Below are positions 62,465 through 64,000 of a stretch of DNA of 64,000 bases, piece by piece. Position 1 is the stretch's first letter; every line of letters begins with the position of its first letter. Location: contig CAVPSJ010000017.1 in assembly GCA_963708295.1 (NCBI GenBank), positions 1 through 64,000 of the forward strand, in the 5' to 3' direction. A model generated the notes under the pieces. That model had not been told where the DNA came from, made no database searches, and saw nothing but the letters and a program-made list of their open reading frames with translations. This DNA comes from an uncultured delta proteobacterium (GTDB lineage Bacteria; Desulfobacterota; BSN033; UBA1163). The position numbers were made by a program, and so were the translations under genes.

Positions 62465-62484
62465 TCTCCTTTTCGTTAGGGATC

Positions 62485-62811
62485 CTATTTCAACTCTGTC
62501 GGGTGAGGGGTCTTGATCACCCAAAAGGCAAGCCTCCCCTTCGACTCGTTTTGGATACTCATGGGCGACTGAAACGGAACCCGCAGGAGTTTCCCCGGAC
62601 CCATGCGGGTTGCCTCATCTCCCACATGAAAGGTTCCCTCTCCGCGGACCACCGTGAGCGTCACATTGGAGTTCGCGTTGTGTTGCGGCACTTGCTGACC
62701 GGGTTCCAGACAGACCTGATTGATCTGGAGGTACTTTTCATCCACCAGGTTGGCAAATCCTCGATCCTCTTTTTTGAAGACTTCCTTCTCCTTGAGATCG
62801 ATGACGTTCAT
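62485..62811 (-). CDS. Cupin domain protein
   Basis: LEPGQQVPQHNANS, VVRGEG. Confidence 0.8.
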   Translation of the reverse strand: MNVIDLKEKEVFKKEDRGFANLVDEKYLQINQVCLEPGQQVPQHNANSNVTLTVVRGEGTFHVGDEATRMGPGKLLRVPFQSPMSIQNESKGRLAFWVIKTPHPTELK

Positions 62812-63098
62812 AAGAACCTCCTTTCTATTACTCAAGTCTCTTGAAAAAGTTTATTACAAATATAATCCCATCCGGCATCGGAGTCTTTGACTTGAGTCAA
62901 TCTCCGGTTCCGTCGGAGTAAAGGCCTGGACATGCCCAGGACCCGATCTCTGACGGAGGGTCTCAGGGTTAATTCAGCGCGCCACAGATGGGGTCTCCTC
63001 GGCTCAGCGAAGGATGCGACGCTTCCCCTGCTGCCCGAAGGTAAGGCAGCGCGGGCGGACCGCCAAAAAGGCTCCGAGGAGGTCTCTCGGTTAAGAAC

Positions 63099-64000
63099 TT
63101 AATAAATTTCTGTGAGAAGAGGATAGTTGAAAACAAATGGGACAACAAGATTGGTATTCCGAACCCCGAACCAAATACTCCGAACTATGATCCAGCCTTG
63201 GACTTTGACTCCCTGAATATAAATTTCGACAAGGGTAAGGAAAAAGGTTGCAACCAAGGGGCCTGCGATCACGCCGATTAGTCCGAAAGCCTGAATCCCT
63301 CCCAGGACAGCAAAGAAGAGGAGCAATGGATGGATGTTGGTTCTCGCGCTGATGAAGAATGGTTTGAGAAGATTGTCCACCATGCTAATCACAAATACGC
63401 CAATGCCGAGCAACAGGATTCCTTTTAAAACGGCCCCTCCGATCAATAAGATAACGGCTGCAGGGGCCCAGATCAAAGCGGTTCCACCGATGGGGATGAA
63501 TGAAAGCAGAGCCATTGCTGTTCCCCAGAAGATAGGCGAAGGAAGGCCGAGGGCCCAGAAGGATAACCCTCCTAAGACCCCCTGGATCACGGCGATCAGG
63601 ATCCCCCCATAGATGGTGGCATAGATCATGTCCCTGAACCGTTGAATAAGAAGGTCTTTCTCTTTGGACGGGAGGGGAGCGGTCTCCTTCAATCCCTCGA
63701 AAAGGGTGCTTCCATCTTTGAAAAGATAGTAAAGGGAGAGAAGGGTGAAGAAAAATCCGGCAACAAATGTGGAGAATCCTTTGATGAGGATGGTAGTTTG
63801 GTTGAAGATGAACGTGCTGATCTGATTCAGGTTCTTTAATAAGAAAGGGACGGGATCCATGATCGAGAGGTCGACGTGCTGCCCCAATTTCGCCAGGATC
63901 CATTTGAGAATAGGGATCTCCTTGACTCTCTCGAAATAGGCCTGAAGCTCACCGGTCTTGATCATATTTTCTATCTGATGGTAGAGGCTGACCACATCGC
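63099..64000 (-). CDS. AI-2E (PerM) family transporter, 5' end outside window
   Basis: YYLFKDG, QGVLGG, IPIGG, DNLLKP, GGIQAFGLIGVIAGP. Confidence 0.9.
   Translation of the reverse strand, partial: DVVSLYHQIENMIKTGELQAYFERVKEIPILKWILAKLGQHVDLSIMDPVPFLLKNLNQISTFIFNQTTILIKGFSTFVAGFFFTLLSLYYLFKDGSTLFEGLKETAPLPSKEKDLLIQRFRDMIYATIYGGILIAVIQGVLGGLSFWALGLPSPIFWGTAMALLSFIPIGGTALIWAPAAVILLIGGAVLKGILLLGIGVFVISMVDNLLKPFFISARTNIHPLLLFFAVLGGIQAFGLIGVIAGPLVATFFLTLVEIYIQGVKVQGWIIVRSIWFGVRNTNLVVPFVFNYPLLTEIY

Overview
Bacterial DNA; the gene content suggests a Desulfobacterota/deltaproteobacterial lineage (inference). Positions ~55,000-64,000 look like core genome: pdxA, thiolase-crotonase-etfB-etfA, a zinc-ribbon/DUF3426 protein and an AI-2E transporter. 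Positions ~500-54,800 are a mosaic of unrelated one- to few-gene modules of varying GC content, mostly on the minus strand and often carrying their own sigma70 promoter and terminator. The modules are separated by about 25-29 co-oriented full or partial copies of a non-coding multi-box element. On the + strand it reads: box A GATTAC-N3-TTGAAAT, ~52 bp to box B (TT)CAGGAAG, 35/~58/69 bp to box C CACCTAC, ~41 bp to a second box A preceded by GTTGAT. Box spacing is conserved while the spacers vary and are reassorted between copies, several genes end or are cut inside the element, and an IS110 derivative has inserted into one copy. This looks like an integron-like gene-cassette array built on a recombination site that is neither attC nor a CRISPR repeat. 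No intact cognate recombinase is visible; a Cas4-like nuclease/IS66-transposase fusion and a truncated tyrosine recombinase lie inside the array. Many single-base frameshifts, one in a housekeeping gene, suggest sequencing indels, so pseudogene calls are tentative. No rRNA, tRNA or CRISPR array was recognised.
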